A stretch of DNA of 64,000 nucleotides from positions 26,610-90,609 of the forward strand of contig CAZXWN010000007.1 in the NCBI GenBank assembly GCA_964644695.1, written 5' to 3'. The position numbers and the translations under genes were made by a program. Source of the DNA: an uncultured bacterium (GTDB lineage Bacteria; UBP4; UBA4092). This document shows positions 28,128-39,285 of the stretch, in pieces. Within the stretch, counting starts at the first letter, position 1. The number at the start of each line of letters is the position of its first letter. The notes under the pieces were generated by a model. It was not told where the DNA came from and ran no database searches. It was given only the letters and a program-made list of their open reading frames with translations.

Positions 28128-30086
28128 TTAGTATTTCCAGAGATCGGGTTGAGGGGTTCCGATTTTCAGGAACTTTGTACTTTGCGGCGGGATTTCCAGA
28201 GTCACTTGCGCATCAAAGGTCCCCAGGTCCTGATTCAGCCAGAGGTCCCGGATGTTCTGGGAACCTGTCCATCCAATATCAGAGCCGGTCAGAAGGACTT
28301 TATTATCTTCTTTGGTGAGGTTCAAAACAGCCACCGCCAGTGTCCCATCAAATAAAGGACGGACCCACACTTCATGGTCTTCGGTCTGTTTCACCCGTTT
28401 CCCCTGAATCCCCAGGGGGTCTTGATCGACAGCCAGGACTTCATCATTGGATAACAGGCTGAGAGTAAATTCATCCAGCTGCGTCAAATCACATCCAATC
28501 AACAGCGGGGATGCCAACATACACCAGATGGAAATATGGCTGATTTGCTGATGCGGCGTTAATTCGGAAGGATGAAGGCTCGGCCCCCAACCCACTTTTC
28601 CAACGACCAACATGTCCGGGTCATTCCAATGCCCCGGTCCGGCATATTTTTCCAGTCCAACCTGGAGATTGATATAGTCATACACCAGTCCCCACCAGTC
28701 TCCAATATCCAAGGTCGTCCGCCACAGGTTGCCTCCCACTTCAGCGCCCCATTCCCAGACTTCCCCCTGTCCATACTGGCAGATACTGAACATGATGTCC
28801 CGGGGACTTTTCTCAATCGCATCACTCATAATCTGGTAAGGTTTCATCCGCTCTTCACGGGTGGGATTCTTCACAATTTTCTGGTAGGAACACCAGTCGT
28901 ATTTCAGGTAATCAATTCCCCATTCCGCAAAGGTATCCGCATCCTGCTGTTCATGCTGGTAACTCCCAATATAACCGCCGCAGGTTTTGGGGCCGGGTGA
29001 GGAATAAATGCCCAGTTTCAGGCCTTTGGAATGGACATAATCGGCCAGGGCTTTCATATCGGGGAATTTGGAGTTTGGCTGAATCTTGCCATCGGCATCC
29101 CGTTCCCCTTCCCAGGCATCATCAATATTAATAAACTGGAACCCATGGTCTGCCAGGCCGGAGGATACCATATAATCCGCAGCATCCTTGACTTTCTGTT
29201 CATCCATCGCCAGTCCCCAGACATTCCAGGAATTCCATCCCATCGGAGGGGTAAGCGCCAGTTTACGACGGCCGCCCACAATCACAAAATCCCGACTGAC
29301 AGATTCAGACCCGGAAGTGACGGTTATGGTTGACTTCGTAGTCCCGGCTTCTTTTAATGAACCGGTGATAATCCCGGTATTGGGGTCCAGACTGAGTCCG
29401 GCCGGTAAGTTTTCAGCCGCAAATTTCAGAGGTTTGACACCGGTTGCCGGAACTCGATACAGGAAGGGTTTTCCCGGAGTGACGCCGTAAATACGGGCAC
29501 CGTGAATCCCCAGTTTATCATTGTTGACCCGTATCATCTGGTCATCCATAGGGGGAATGGGTTCATGTTCTTCGGGAGGAAGAACAGTGGTTTCCGGAAG
29601 TTCTTTCGTACCCGGGACCAGGTGAAGCAGTGCACCTGCCCAATCCGCATGGGCCATCGGTATCCATTCGCCGCCATCATTAATAAACAACAACATCTGT
29701 TGTGCACCTTTGAGGTCCACCGACAGGTAACGAGCTTCATCACCCCGCCAAATCAGTCCTGATTCAGCTTTTTTGACTCCGTCCACCCATATTTCAAACA
29801 GAACGGGGACTTTCCGGGGGGCCTCATCATCCATCCCAACCATGGTTTCAAACTTCAGGGCAGCCCCTTTGAGGTTTATCATCATGGAACTGCGGGCATG
29901 GGTACCTATCCCGTGAGCATATACGATTCCGTTCAAGGTGATGGGATTGAATATACAGGTTTTGCAAGCCTGGGCATCGCCCCAGCTTTGACGAACTTTC
30001 GTCAAATCCAGTGAGTCCAGCCAGATGGCATTGGGGGGTGTGGCGGACTGAGTCAAATCATGTTTCTGAAGATGTGTAAATTCCAT
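28128..30086 (-). CDS. alpha-galactosidase (GH27) with N-terminal NPCBM-like domain
   Basis: LALTPPMGWNSWNVWG...FINIDDAWEG is the GH27 melibiase signature. 652 aa. Confidence 0.8.
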   Translation of the reverse strand: MEFTHLQKHDLTQSATPPNAIWLDSLDLTKVRQSWGDAQACKTCIFNPITLNGIVYAHGIGTHARSSMMINLKGAALKFETMVGMDDEAPRKVPVLFEIWVDGVKKAESGLIWRGDEARYLSVDLKGAQQMLLFINDGGEWIPMAHADWAGALLHLVPGTKELPETTVLPPEEHEPIPPMDDQMIRVNNDKLGIHGARIYGVTPGKPFLYRVPATGVKPLKFAAENLPAGLSLDPNTGIITGSLKEAGTTKSTITVTSGSESVSRDFVIVGGRRKLALTPPMGWNSWNVWGLAMDEQKVKDAADYMVSSGLADHGFQFINIDDAWEGERDADGKIQPNSKFPDMKALADYVHSKGLKLGIYSSPGPKTCGGYIGSYQHEQQDADTFAEWGIDYLKYDWCSYQKIVKNPTREERMKPYQIMSDAIEKSPRDIMFSICQYGQGEVWEWGAEVGGNLWRTTLDIGDWWGLVYDYINLQVGLEKYAGPGHWNDPDMLVVGKVGWGPSLHPSELTPHQQISHISIWCMLASPLLIGCDLTQLDEFTLSLLSNDEVLAVDQDPLGIQGKRVKQTEDHEVWVRPLFDGTLAVAVLNLTKEDNKVLLTGSDIGWTGSQNIRDLWLNQDLGTFDAQVTLEIPPQSTKFLKIGTPQPDLWKY

Positions 30087-30197
30087 GAATCAATTCCCTT
30101 TATTCCTTAAGAAAGATTAAATGATAGAGCCTACATAAAAACTCATATTATTTTAACAGTGATTGACAGGCTCCGGGAATTGAAGAGGTTGGAATTT

Positions 30198-30590
30198 CTA
30201 TTCCGGCGGAAGGTTCTGAAGACGGCGGAGGGTTACCTCGTCTAATCCGAAGAAGTGACCCACTTCATGGATGACGGTAATGATGATTTCCCGCTGCAAT
30301 TCTTCCAGAGAATTACTGTGGGATTCCAGGTTTTTCTGAAACAGGATGACTCTGTGGGTCTCATAGGCATGTTCCCAGTACTGATGAGTCAGGGGTACTC
30401 CAATAAAAACACCCATTAAATTGAATTTCCCAAATTTGTTTTGTAATTCACGGTTGGGATAATCCTCGACATAGACGGCCACATTTTCCATCTTTTCACG
30501 AAATTCAGCCGGAATATGCCGGAGGGCCTCTTCGACAACTCGTTCAAATTCATCACGAGTCAGTTTGGGGTGATTTGATTCAGTATCCAT
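30198..30590 (-). CDS. zincin-like metallopeptidase family protein (HExxH)
   Basis: TVIHEVGHFFGLDE metal-binding motif. 130 aa. Confidence 0.5.
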   Translation of the reverse strand: MDTESNHPKLTRDEFERVVEEALRHIPAEFREKMENVAVYVEDYPNRELQNKFGKFNLMGVFIGVPLTHQYWEHAYETHRVILFQKNLESHSNSLEELQREIIITVIHEVGHFFGLDEVTLRRLQNLPPE

Positions 30591-30641
30591 ATACCCTTGA
30601 TTGTCGCAGAACCTCCAGCACTTGTCGAATACAGGGCAGGA

Positions 30642-31430
30642 CTAGAGATGGTAGGGAGCGGACAGGATATGTTGATGGATCACTTCTAATTTGAGGATGG
30701 ATTTGGATTGATGCAGCGCTTTCTGAGCTGTCGCCAGTGCGATCTCCGGGCGGTTGTTTTCATCACTCAGGTGGGCTAACAGTACCTGTTTGATACGAGT
30801 CTGATTCCAGAACAATTCCACCAGGGTCCGAGCGGCATCCTCATTGGAAAGATGGCCTTTGTCGCTTCGGATCCGGGCCTTCAGATATTCGGGATAGGGC
30901 CCCACATCCAACATTCTCCGGTCGTGATTGGATTCCAATACCAACAAATCTGTTTCATGGATTTCCCGGAGGACCGCAGGGGTCATCCGTCCGATATCCG
31001 TTAATACACAGGCGCGGGAATCCTGATGGATCACGGTCACGCCGAAAGGGTCCCGGGTGTCATGCAGTTTGGCAAAGGTATTGATTTTCAGGTCTCCAAT
31101 ATCCAGCAAATCTCCCGTCCGAAACAGGTTATATTTCATCTTGAAAGCGTATTTCAGGTAGGGATTCATCTCGTCCCAGGTGGCAGAGTTGGTGAAGACA
31201 GGTATTGAGTGACGGCCGGCCAGTACATCCAACCCTTTGTAGTGGTCGCTGTGGCCGTGGGTGATGATGATTCCATTGATATCCGATGGAGACAGCCCCA
31301 GGGTTTGGAGACATTGCGTGGTCTCTTTGCAGGATATCCCGGCATCCACCAAAACCGTTGTAGTTCCATTGGTGACCAGATAACAATTGCCTTTACTGCC
31401 GCTGGATAGAGAATAAAATGTGAGTGACAT
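30642..31430 (-). CDS. MBL-fold metallo-hydrolase
   Basis: IITHGHSDH (HxHxDH) motif. 262 aa. Confidence 0.8.
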   Translation of the reverse strand: MSLTFYSLSSGSKGNCYLVTNGTTTVLVDAGISCKETTQCLQTLGLSPSDINGIIITHGHSDHYKGLDVLAGRHSIPVFTNSATWDEMNPYLKYAFKMKYNLFRTGDLLDIGDLKINTFAKLHDTRDPFGVTVIHQDSRACVLTDIGRMTPAVLREIHETDLLVLESNHDRRMLDVGPYPEYLKARIRSDKGHLSNEDAARTLVELFWNQTRIKQVLLAHLSDENNRPEIALATAQKALHQSKSILKLEVIHQHILSAPYHL

Positions 31431-31533
31431 GACAAATTATTATCGCACCTTTTCCGATTGGATTTCAGCCGAAAAAACAAAACCGCCCCGACATCCGGAA
31501 GACATCGGGGCGGTGAGATGAAACAGTATTGGT

Positions 31534-32628
31534 TTATTTCTTGACGGGAGCAGGTTGACCTTTTGCAGGAGCTGTAGTGCTAACAGACTGAGGAGCAGCA
31601 ATCATCTTCTTATATTGCGGGGAAGATAAGTAGGCGACCCGTTGTTTGATTTCATTCATAACTTTGGGATTCTTGTTCCGCTTCGCAACCATACCTAATA
31701 ATTCGGAGGCTTTTGCAGGGTCTTTCAAGTTAAAGGCATAGATTTCTGACATTTTGATGAGGGTACCATCCGCCTTGGCTTGAGCAATCAGGGTCTCTCT
31801 GGAACCCGCTGTTGTATCTTTGGAGGGTGCAGGGTATGCAGTGTAGGCTGAATAAGCAACTAAACCTTTTTTGTAATAAGATTTCGCTTTGTCAGTCTGT
31901 TTCAGGGCATCATAACTACCACCAATCAGAATATCTGAATACAGATAATAATCTTCAGCCATCTGATTATTCGGGAATTTGCTCTTAAGGGATTTCAGAG
32001 TCGCTTCGGTCTTGGAAATGGCAGTCGCCATGGCATAAGATTCAGCCAATGCAACATAACCCGAAATCAATAGAGCTTCCTTTTGATTTTTCGGCATTTG
32101 AGGAATGATACTGATGGTGTTGAGATAATCCTTATAGGCGGCTTCGGCTTTGGCAAACTCCCCAGTCACACTGTAAGAACGGGCGATGCTGTTTTTGGCT
32201 TCCAACATGGCATTACCATTGTTTGAATCAACCGCCAGCGTCTGCCATATTTCGCGAGCCTTCGTCCAATCTTTCTTTGCACCGTAACAATTCGCAATGG
32301 ACAGTTGAGCTCCGGCTTTTAAATCCTTATTATTGGGGTAATTGTCTATTGCTTTCTGGAATTCCTTGATAGACCGGTCAAACTGGCCCATGCGGGCATA
32401 TGAATCCGCAATATTCATCTGAGCAAATGCAGACCGTTCATCCTTGGGATATCTTTCAATAAACTCTTCCAGTTTAGCCACTGCACCGGCGATATCGCCA
32501 GTCTTATTGGCTTCCTGAACCTCGGCGATGAGTTTCTCCGGGGTTTTACGGGCACAGCCTGTCAATACCATCATGGACAGAGCACCGCAAATCACACTCA
32601 TTTTCAGCAGGGTACGAATGTTAAACAT
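31534..32628 (-). CDS. TPR-repeat lipoprotein
   Basis: Signal peptide plus lipobox (MMVLTGCA), then multiple TPR-like repeats. Start taken at the internal Met to avoid overlap with the upstream gene. Confidence 0.55.
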   Translation of the reverse strand: MFNIRTLLKMSVICGALSMMVLTGCARKTPEKLIAEVQEANKTGDIAGAVAKLEEFIERYPKDERSAFAQMNIADSYARMGQFDRSIKEFQKAIDNYPNNKDLKAGAQLSIANCYGAKKDWTKAREIWQTLAVDSNNGNAMLEAKNSIARSYSVTGEFAKAEAAYKDYLNTISIIPQMPKNQKEALLISGYVALAESYAMATAISKTEATLKSLKSKFPNNQMAEDYYLYSDILIGGSYDALKQTDKAKSYYKKGLVAYSAYTAYPAPSKDTTAGSRETLIAQAKADGTLIKMSEIYAFNLKDPAKASELLGMVAKRNKNPKVMNEIKQRVAYLSSPQYKKMIAAPQSVSTTAPAKGQPAPVKK

Positions 32629-34069
32629 ACTCTTCACTCTCTTCGTCTTTAGAATTTGACCGGCGGAAAGTCGAGGCAATCAGCCCCGCTCCCTCTCGGA
32701 TTAGGGTACTAAATTCATATAATGTCTTCACGCCTTTCAGCCGAAGCCACATATACCCTGGGCTTAAATGATACGACCGAATGGCATGATTGCGCAACTT
32801 CCAAAGTTTTTCTGGACTTAATTGGTCCGTTTTAATAACGGGGAAGGCTTCTGAATTATCCAATACATCGACATCGGCTGAAGTGTATCCCTTTTCAATG
32901 GCTTCTTTTCGGAAAGGGGTACCCATCTTCGGAGCGGCAATATTGAATGAGGCAAAATCAGGCAGTAATTCTTTGGCAAAATCAATGGTCATTTGGGCCG
33001 TTTCCTCAGTTTCGCCGGGCAGCCCAATAATAAAGTGCGCCAGGGTCCGTATTCCTTTTTTACGGCACAGCTTAAAGATATGGCGGACCTGGTCGGGCTT
33101 TACGCCCTTCTGGTAATGCTTCAATATCTCGTCTGAGGCAGACTCAACTCCGAACTGGATAGTATGGCAACCGGCTTTGGCCATCAGGTCCAAGGTATCT
33201 TCATCCATCACATCTACTCTGGACAGACAGACCCAACTTAACTTCATATTCTTGGAAATAAGCTGTAACAGGAACTCACGGGTCTGTTTCTTGTTCACGG
33301 CAAAGGTAAAATCTTTGATCCAGAATTCCTTGATTTTAAACTTACGGTGAAGATACTCTATTTCTGCAACAGCATTCTCAGGCTTCCGCAATTTTAACGG
33401 GACAATACTGGAAACACAGAAAGAACATTTGAAAGGACAGCCAAAATTAGTCAATGTACTGGCAAAAGGCATATATCGGCCATGGGGAATCCGATATTGT
33501 TTCCAGGGAAAGAGTTCCAGTTTGGGTAAAGGAAGTTCAAACTCTTTGTCTTCGGTATATCGCCGGCCTTCCAAAACTTCTCCGTTGTACCGGTAAGTAA
33601 TATAGTCCGTCTTCTCACCCTTTAAATCACCACGAAGGAACCGTAACAGAACATCCGACGTAAAATCCAATAGGGCTGCTGTTAGAAATTCATGCTTTGT
33701 CAATATTTCAGTGGACCGGGACAGGAAGATATCCCCTGTGGCCATCACAAGTTTGATGTCAGGCTTTTCTTTAAGTACCTGTTTTACAAAATCGAAGTCC
33801 TGAACCCAGGACACTCCACCCGTCAAGAAGAAAACAGCGTCTATCTCCATTGGCTTGATTTGTTTCAAAGCCTCTTCGGGAGACAACCTCAGAACATTGG
33901 CATCTAAAACGGTAATATCGTGTTCCTGAGCCAGAAAACCACTTTGGACGACTAAATCATAAGGATGCCAATAATAGCGGGCCTTACTGGCATGACTGCA
34001 ATAGTAATCGCGGAGATACAGCTGATCTCCCGGGGGATTTAATAATAATATCGAACGACGCGGTGACAT
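32621..34069 (-). CDS. B12-binding domain radical SAM protein
   Basis: N-terminal B12-binding-like Rossmann region and CPFKCSFC (CxxxCxxC) radical SAM cluster motif. 482 aa. Confidence 0.8.
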   Translation of the reverse strand: MSPRRSILLLNPPGDQLYLRDYYCSHASKARYYWHPYDLVVQSGFLAQEHDITVLDANVLRLSPEEALKQIKPMEIDAVFFLTGGVSWVQDFDFVKQVLKEKPDIKLVMATGDIFLSRSTEILTKHEFLTAALLDFTSDVLLRFLRGDLKGEKTDYITYRYNGEVLEGRRYTEDKEFELPLPKLELFPWKQYRIPHGRYMPFASTLTNFGCPFKCSFCVSSIVPLKLRKPENAVAEIEYLHRKFKIKEFWIKDFTFAVNKKQTREFLLQLISKNMKLSWVCLSRVDVMDEDTLDLMAKAGCHTIQFGVESASDEILKHYQKGVKPDQVRHIFKLCRKKGIRTLAHFIIGLPGETEETAQMTIDFAKELLPDFASFNIAAPKMGTPFRKEAIEKGYTSADVDVLDNSEAFPVIKTDQLSPEKLWKLRNHAIRSYHLSPGYMWLRLKGVKTLYEFSTLIREGAGLIASTFRRSNSKDEESEEYV

Positions 34070-34075
34070 AGGGGG

Positions 34076-35485
34076 TTATTTTGCCAGCTGAATCAGCTGC
34101 TCCAAGCCATATCGAATATAGTTTGCTACTTCACGGGCTGACCGGACTTTCCCCAGAGTTCTTAAGACATAACTGGGCCGCAACAGAAACCGCCGTACAG
34201 CTTTTTTCCGGAGCTGCTGAAGCTGGTCCACCGTTAAGGCGAGGGAAGGAACCACCGGTGAGTCATAGGCTTCGTCAGGGAACTGCCCTTCTTCCAATAA
34301 ACCTAATTTGACGACTTCCTTATAATAATCTGTGCCGGGGAAAGGATACAAATAGAAAAACTCTACGAAGTCAGGGTCCAGTTCCAAACCAAAATCTACC
34401 GTCTGCTTAAAAGTCTCCTCAGTTTCCCAGGGAGCACCAATTAAAAGGTAAATACTGGTCCGGATACCCACTTTCTTACATAATTTGATAGCATCACGGG
34501 CCTGTTGGAGAGTGGCACCTTTTCTGAGTTTCTTCAACATTTCATCCGAACCGGCTTCAACTCCAAAGGCAATCAACCAGCATCCTGCCGCTTTCATGGC
34601 ACGGAGCCGGTCCTCATCAATCGTGTCCACTCTGCTATTACAGGTCCACTGGACACCCAATCCAGATTGTTCAATCTGCCGACAGAGTTCCAATGTCCAT
34701 TTTTTATCAAAGGTAAAGGTATCTGACCGGAACAGAAAATTCCGGATACCGTACTTTTCCACACATTCTCTGATTTCCCCCAGGATATTCTCGGGAGACC
34801 GAGCGCGTATCTTGAGTCCTGCCACCTGTGTTGATAAACAGTAGATACACTGGTAGGGACATCCCCGATTGGTCATGATATTGGTCTGCGGTTCACCGGT
34901 ATCGGGGCGGTAATAGAGGCGATTATCAACGAGGTGGCGAGCTGGATATGGGATTGAGTCTAAATCCTGGATATATCCCCGGTCTGGATTGCGAGTAATG
35001 ACATCGCCATCACGCCAGGTAATACCAGGGATAACCCGCCAATCATCCGCCTGTGCCATATCTCGGCCAGTCAATTCATATTCACCCCGGAAACAAAGGT
35101 CTAATTGAGGGTATTGCCGGAGAGTTTCTTCATCCCGAGTATTGAAATGGGCTCCCTTAGCAGCCACCAGGATACCCGGTTTGACCCTCTTAGCTATCGC
35201 CCCAGCTTCCATGTCCTGGGACAAAGAAGGGGTTGTTACACTCAACACCACCATATCTGGATCAAATGAACGCAAATCGTCCTCATAGGCCGACCATTCA
35301 AGGTCCAGAACTGGATAATCCCGGATTAAACAAGTAACACCCACCATTTCCATCCCTGCCGCCAGATACATCAAATCGATGGGCGGACGAGGTGAAACAG
35401 TTTTGAGTTTATCTATTGGTGTCTGACACCGGTCCTCACGAATAAACTTTCCCGTGGGAGGGATGCAAAATAATACTTTTTTCAT
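34076..35485 (-). CDS. B12-binding domain radical SAM protein (paralogue)
   Basis: CPYQCIYC radical SAM motif, same architecture as the neighbour. 469 aa. Confidence 0.8.
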   Translation of the reverse strand: MKKVLFCIPPTGKFIREDRCQTPIDKLKTVSPRPPIDLMYLAAGMEMVGVTCLIRDYPVLDLEWSAYEDDLRSFDPDMVVLSVTTPSLSQDMEAGAIAKRVKPGILVAAKGAHFNTRDEETLRQYPQLDLCFRGEYELTGRDMAQADDWRVIPGITWRDGDVITRNPDRGYIQDLDSIPYPARHLVDNRLYYRPDTGEPQTNIMTNRGCPYQCIYCLSTQVAGLKIRARSPENILGEIRECVEKYGIRNFLFRSDTFTFDKKWTLELCRQIEQSGLGVQWTCNSRVDTIDEDRLRAMKAAGCWLIAFGVEAGSDEMLKKLRKGATLQQARDAIKLCKKVGIRTSIYLLIGAPWETEETFKQTVDFGLELDPDFVEFFYLYPFPGTDYYKEVVKLGLLEEGQFPDEAYDSPVVPSLALTVDQLQQLRKKAVRRFLLRPSYVLRTLGKVRSAREVANYIRYGLEQLIQLAK

Positions 35486-35687
35486 GGTATTCCAATTATT
35501 CTAAAGTCTAACCCACCTTGAGACCTGTTTCAATCTTACTAAAACGAAGTCCGCATAATGTCAAAATAAATCTGGTAGAACTAAATTGTATATACTATAT
35601 TTATCGTATGTATTATATTAAGGGATAGTACCATAGCATGTTTTTTACTTCACTTTCAGCCAGGGAACCCCACATTAGGTTAAACAG

Positions 35688-38198
35688 ATGAAGAGACCCA
35701 GAGAGATAGCCTATCAAATACAACAAAAGTCCACCTTGGACCTGTTTATTTTGAGTCTGTCGGGGATGTCTCTGTTTTTTCTGTACTGGATGGGAGCCTT
35801 TGACGCGGTCATCATCTGGCTTGTCTCTCTCACAAACTTCTCAGAAACAACCATCCAAGTCCTTTGCGTTAGCATGGCTCTGTTGTTGGCTTCTATTTAT
35901 TTCGGAGTCCGACGATACAGAGACATTGTGGGATATTTAAACCAAATTGAGGAATTCCAAGATACCTACTTTGAGCAGCAGGAAAAGCGCGCCGCCCTTC
36001 AGGAAGTATTAGCCATCGCCACTTATACCGTCAGATTCATACAAGCACGGCTGTCCTCACCCGATGAGGGTATGGAATTGTTCCTGGGAACTAAAGCAGA
36101 TACAAATCAGGCGATGACCATTTCATGGGATGGTCCTGGAATATCTAAAATCATTGGATTTACACTTAAATCGTCTCCAGATAATAAAATTGACTGGTGG
36201 GTAAGTCGAATCCATCCGGAGGACAAAGCAAAAAGCGAAAAAATCATCCGTCAATGGAAAATCCGGAAAAAACTATCCTTTGAATACCGGATCCGAAATG
36301 TAAACGGGGAATGGCGGTGGATTTCCGAACAAATCGTGGTTGGCAAAAACACTTCTGGGAACCTCGACTTTCTCACAGGGATCCTCATGGATATTACCGA
36401 TCGGAAAACAATGGAAGATAAACTATTGACCTCGGAAAGACAAGTTCTGGAAGCTCAAAGAATAGCAGAACTTGGATATTGGGATTTTGACCCTCAAACA
36501 CGAATGTTTAATTTTTCGGAAGGGGTCTATCGAATATTAGGAATGGAAAATGCAAGCCAAAATTTGAACAAAGAACAAGTCTTAAGTATTCTTTATCCAG
36601 AAGATGTATCAGTATCCCAGGGTTATCTGGACCCAGAATCCGATACACCCCCTAACTTCGATTTATATCTTAAAATCAAAACCTATTTAAGTGAAACACG
36701 ATTTATTCACATCAAAGGGGAATGGACATTAAAAGAGGGGAAGAAAGTAGAGTGCCATGGGACTGTCCAGGATATTACAGAGTACTGGAAAGCAAACCAG
36801 AAGACTGAAACTTATACCCAGTTAAGCCAAGAATTAAATAGTGTCACCACTGTCAATGAGGCAGGAAAGGTTATCGCCGCCGCAACCCGAAGACTTATCC
36901 CGTTTGATGCCGGATTAATGATTTATCTGGAAACGGGCACCCAGAAACCCCACTTGTTCTTTTATGAAGATCCCCTTAGCGACACAGAAGTAGACACTAC
37001 AAATCCTACTGATTGCCGAATGTGGAAATACATTGAGAGTACCTTACAGGAAGGGGATTCACTGCATATTAAAAGAACAGAGGCAGACAACGACCCCTTG
37101 CTTATACCCTCATGGATAGGGGTTCCCGTCAAAAACGGCGAGCAAACAGTTGGAGCCATGGTCTTCCTCAGACATGAAGCTCCACTCTTTGACCATTCGG
37201 ATATCGAAACTTTACGAGGTATCGCAAGTTACTGTGCCGGCGCTCTGGACCGGATATCTATTGCAACCAACTTAAAAAAATATGTCGAAATCCAAGAAAA
37301 TCTGGTTCAAAACCTGATTGACGGGATTTTGATATTTAAACCAGAAGGGTCGTTGATTTTCCATAATTCACCCGCCTTGGAAATCCTCAAAATCCATACG
37401 AAAGACTTGTACAAATTAACTCTGAAAGATTTAATTGACCCTCAGGACTGGGAACGGATCCAAAAACAGCTGGAAGAGACCGCCACCGAAGATTTTTGGA
37501 AAACCCGAATGGAAACACGGTTTATCAGGGTTGACCAACCACCGATTGATGTTGAGATCAGTATGGCTCAGCTGGAATACCACGACAAACAGCAAATCAT
37601 GGTTATTTTCCGTGATATTACCCAGCAAAAGCAAAAAGAAAAACTGGTTTATGATATGGCTATCCGGGATAGCCTGACTCAGTTATACAATCACCATGAG
37701 TTCTATCGGAGACTTTCAGATGAAATTGAAAGGTCTCGCCGCTATAACCAGACATGCGCAGTTATTATGGCAGATGTCGATTTCTTCAAGCGCGTTAATG
37801 ACACCTATGGTCATCCTGTTGGAGATAAGATGCTGCGACATATTGCGCAACTGTTGCAGGATAGCTTACGGCAGGTTGATTTGGTTGCACGGTATGGGGG
37901 TGAAGAATTTGCCATTGTTCTCCCTCAGCAGGGAAGTAAAGATGCCCTGATGTTAGCGGAACGGTTAAGAAAGAAAGTCGAATCAACTCCTCTGAAAGTA
38001 GAAGACCAAGTCATACCGGTTACCATCAGCCTTGGAGTCTCTTTATATCCGTTTAATGCGATAACCACCGAAGAATTAGTCCAGGTGGCAGACCAAAATC
38101 TTTACCTGGCTAAACATTCCGGCCGAAATTGTGTCCGCCCCATCCATGTTTCTGAAACAAAACCCTTTAACTCAGATATTAATACCGAAATCCTCTAA
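35688..38198 (+). CDS. membrane sensor diguanylate cyclase (TM, PAS, GAF, PAS, GGDEF)
   Basis: RYGGEEFAIV active-site motif in the C-terminal GGDEF domain. PAS-like W-rich segments and N-terminal TM helices. 836 aa. Confidence 0.85.
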   Translation: MKRPREIAYQIQQKSTLDLFILSLSGMSLFFLYWMGAFDAVIIWLVSLTNFSETTIQVLCVSMALLLASIYFGVRRYRDIVGYLNQIEEFQDTYFEQQEKRAALQEVLAIATYTVRFIQARLSSPDEGMELFLGTKADTNQAMTISWDGPGISKIIGFTLKSSPDNKIDWWVSRIHPEDKAKSEKIIRQWKIRKKLSFEYRIRNVNGEWRWISEQIVVGKNTSGNLDFLTGILMDITDRKTMEDKLLTSERQVLEAQRIAELGYWDFDPQTRMFNFSEGVYRILGMENASQNLNKEQVLSILYPEDVSVSQGYLDPESDTPPNFDLYLKIKTYLSETRFIHIKGEWTLKEGKKVECHGTVQDITEYWKANQKTETYTQLSQELNSVTTVNEAGKVIAAATRRLIPFDAGLMIYLETGTQKPHLFFYEDPLSDTEVDTTNPTDCRMWKYIESTLQEGDSLHIKRTEADNDPLLIPSWIGVPVKNGEQTVGAMVFLRHEAPLFDHSDIETLRGIASYCAGALDRISIATNLKKYVEIQENLVQNLIDGILIFKPEGSLIFHNSPALEILKIHTKDLYKLTLKDLIDPQDWERIQKQLEETATEDFWKTRMETRFIRVDQPPIDVEISMAQLEYHDKQQIMVIFRDITQQKQKEKLVYDMAIRDSLTQLYNHHEFYRRLSDEIERSRRYNQTCAVIMADVDFFKRVNDTYGHPVGDKMLRHIAQLLQDSLRQVDLVARYGGEEFAIVLPQQGSKDALMLAERLRKKVESTPLKVEDQVIPVTISLGVSLYPFNAITTEELVQVADQNLYLAKHSGRNCVRPIHVSETKPFNSDINTEIL

Positions 38199-38377
38199 AC
38201 CCCTTTAGTATCAATATTCTATCTAAAACATTCACGTTCACCTCCCATTCGAACCATCCACGGACCTGCTCGGAGCTGCTCCGTGGATAATTCAGTATAT
38301 CCAGGGAGATTTTTGCCAGGTATTATGTAAGGACCTTCATTCAAAGACCGGAAGCAGAGTACAATAATGAAGAACAT

Positions 38378-38806
38378 GTGTGGAATGGCTCCCAAAATAA
38401 TTTACCTTCTGTTTTGAGAACCATTCCAGATAATTATCAACCTGAAAGGAATATGATTATGGCTGAAACACCTGAAATGGACCCGAAAGACTTTGTAGAT
38501 GAGAATGGGAAACCCATCGAAATCCCTTCCAGTTTTACACACCTTTTATTTGAATTATCATTAAGCTGCCGAATGGCTTTGGGTTATACCGATCCCCAGA
38601 ACATGATGGCCCAGTTCTCCGACAAAATCAATTTAGCAATGGCCAAGCATTACATTGATTATTTACAGATGCTGACCGAAAAGACCAAAGGAAATCTGGA
38701 CGAAGAAGAAAACAAGTTCCTGACCAGTATGGTGACTGAATTCCATTTGGAATTCGTCAAAGCGACCAATCTTGTTGAACAAAACAAAAGAGTTACCAAG
38801 GGATGA
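38378..38806 (+). CDS. hypothetical protein
   Basis: 142 aa ORF upstream of and overlapping dtd by 4 nt. No motif recognised. Confidence 0.35.
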   Translation: MWNGSQNNLPSVLRTIPDNYQPERNMIMAETPEMDPKDFVDENGKPIEIPSSFTHLLFELSLSCRMALGYTDPQNMMAQFSDKINLAMAKHYIDYLQMLTEKTKGNLDEEENKFLTSMVTEFHLEFVKATNLVEQNKRVTKG

Positions 38807-39255
38807 TTGCCGTTATCCAAAGGGTAGCCTCGGCCTCTGTCACCGTAGAAGGAGAGAAAATCTCCGATATTGGACAGGGAATCATGGCTTTGGTCGGCGT
38901 CACCGGTGAAGATACGGAAGAGGATGCCAGCTATCTGGCATCCCGACTCCCAGTGTTACGGATATTTGCAGATAAACAAGACCGGATGAACTTGTCCCTG
39001 CTGGATATTAAGGGAGAATTACTTCTGGTTTCTCAATTTACATTATGTGGTGATATTTATCAGGGACGGAGGCCGAGTTTTACCCAGGCTGCACCACCTG
39101 ATAAAGCCATTCCGTTATTAGCCCTGTTAAAAAAGGAACTGGAATCACAGGGAGTTCCTGTGCAGGAAGGACAGTTCGGTGCCATGATGGATGTTGCCCT
39201 CGTCAATGATGGGCCGGTGACATTTGTTGTGGACTCCAAACAACGCAAAAAATAG
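38803..39255 (+). CDS. dtd: D-aminoacyl-tRNA deacylase
   Basis: MIAVIQRVASASVTVEGE...SQFTL matches the Dtd signature, including the SQFTL motif. 150 aa. Confidence 0.9.
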   Translation: MIAVIQRVASASVTVEGEKISDIGQGIMALVGVTGEDTEEDASYLASRLPVLRIFADKQDRMNLSLLDIKGELLLVSQFTLCGDIYQGRRPSFTQAAPPDKAIPLLALLKKELESQGVPVQEGQFGAMMDVALVNDGPVTFVVDSKQRKK

Positions 39256-39285
39256 GTTCCGGTCTCCCATCGGAACGGGGGAAAG

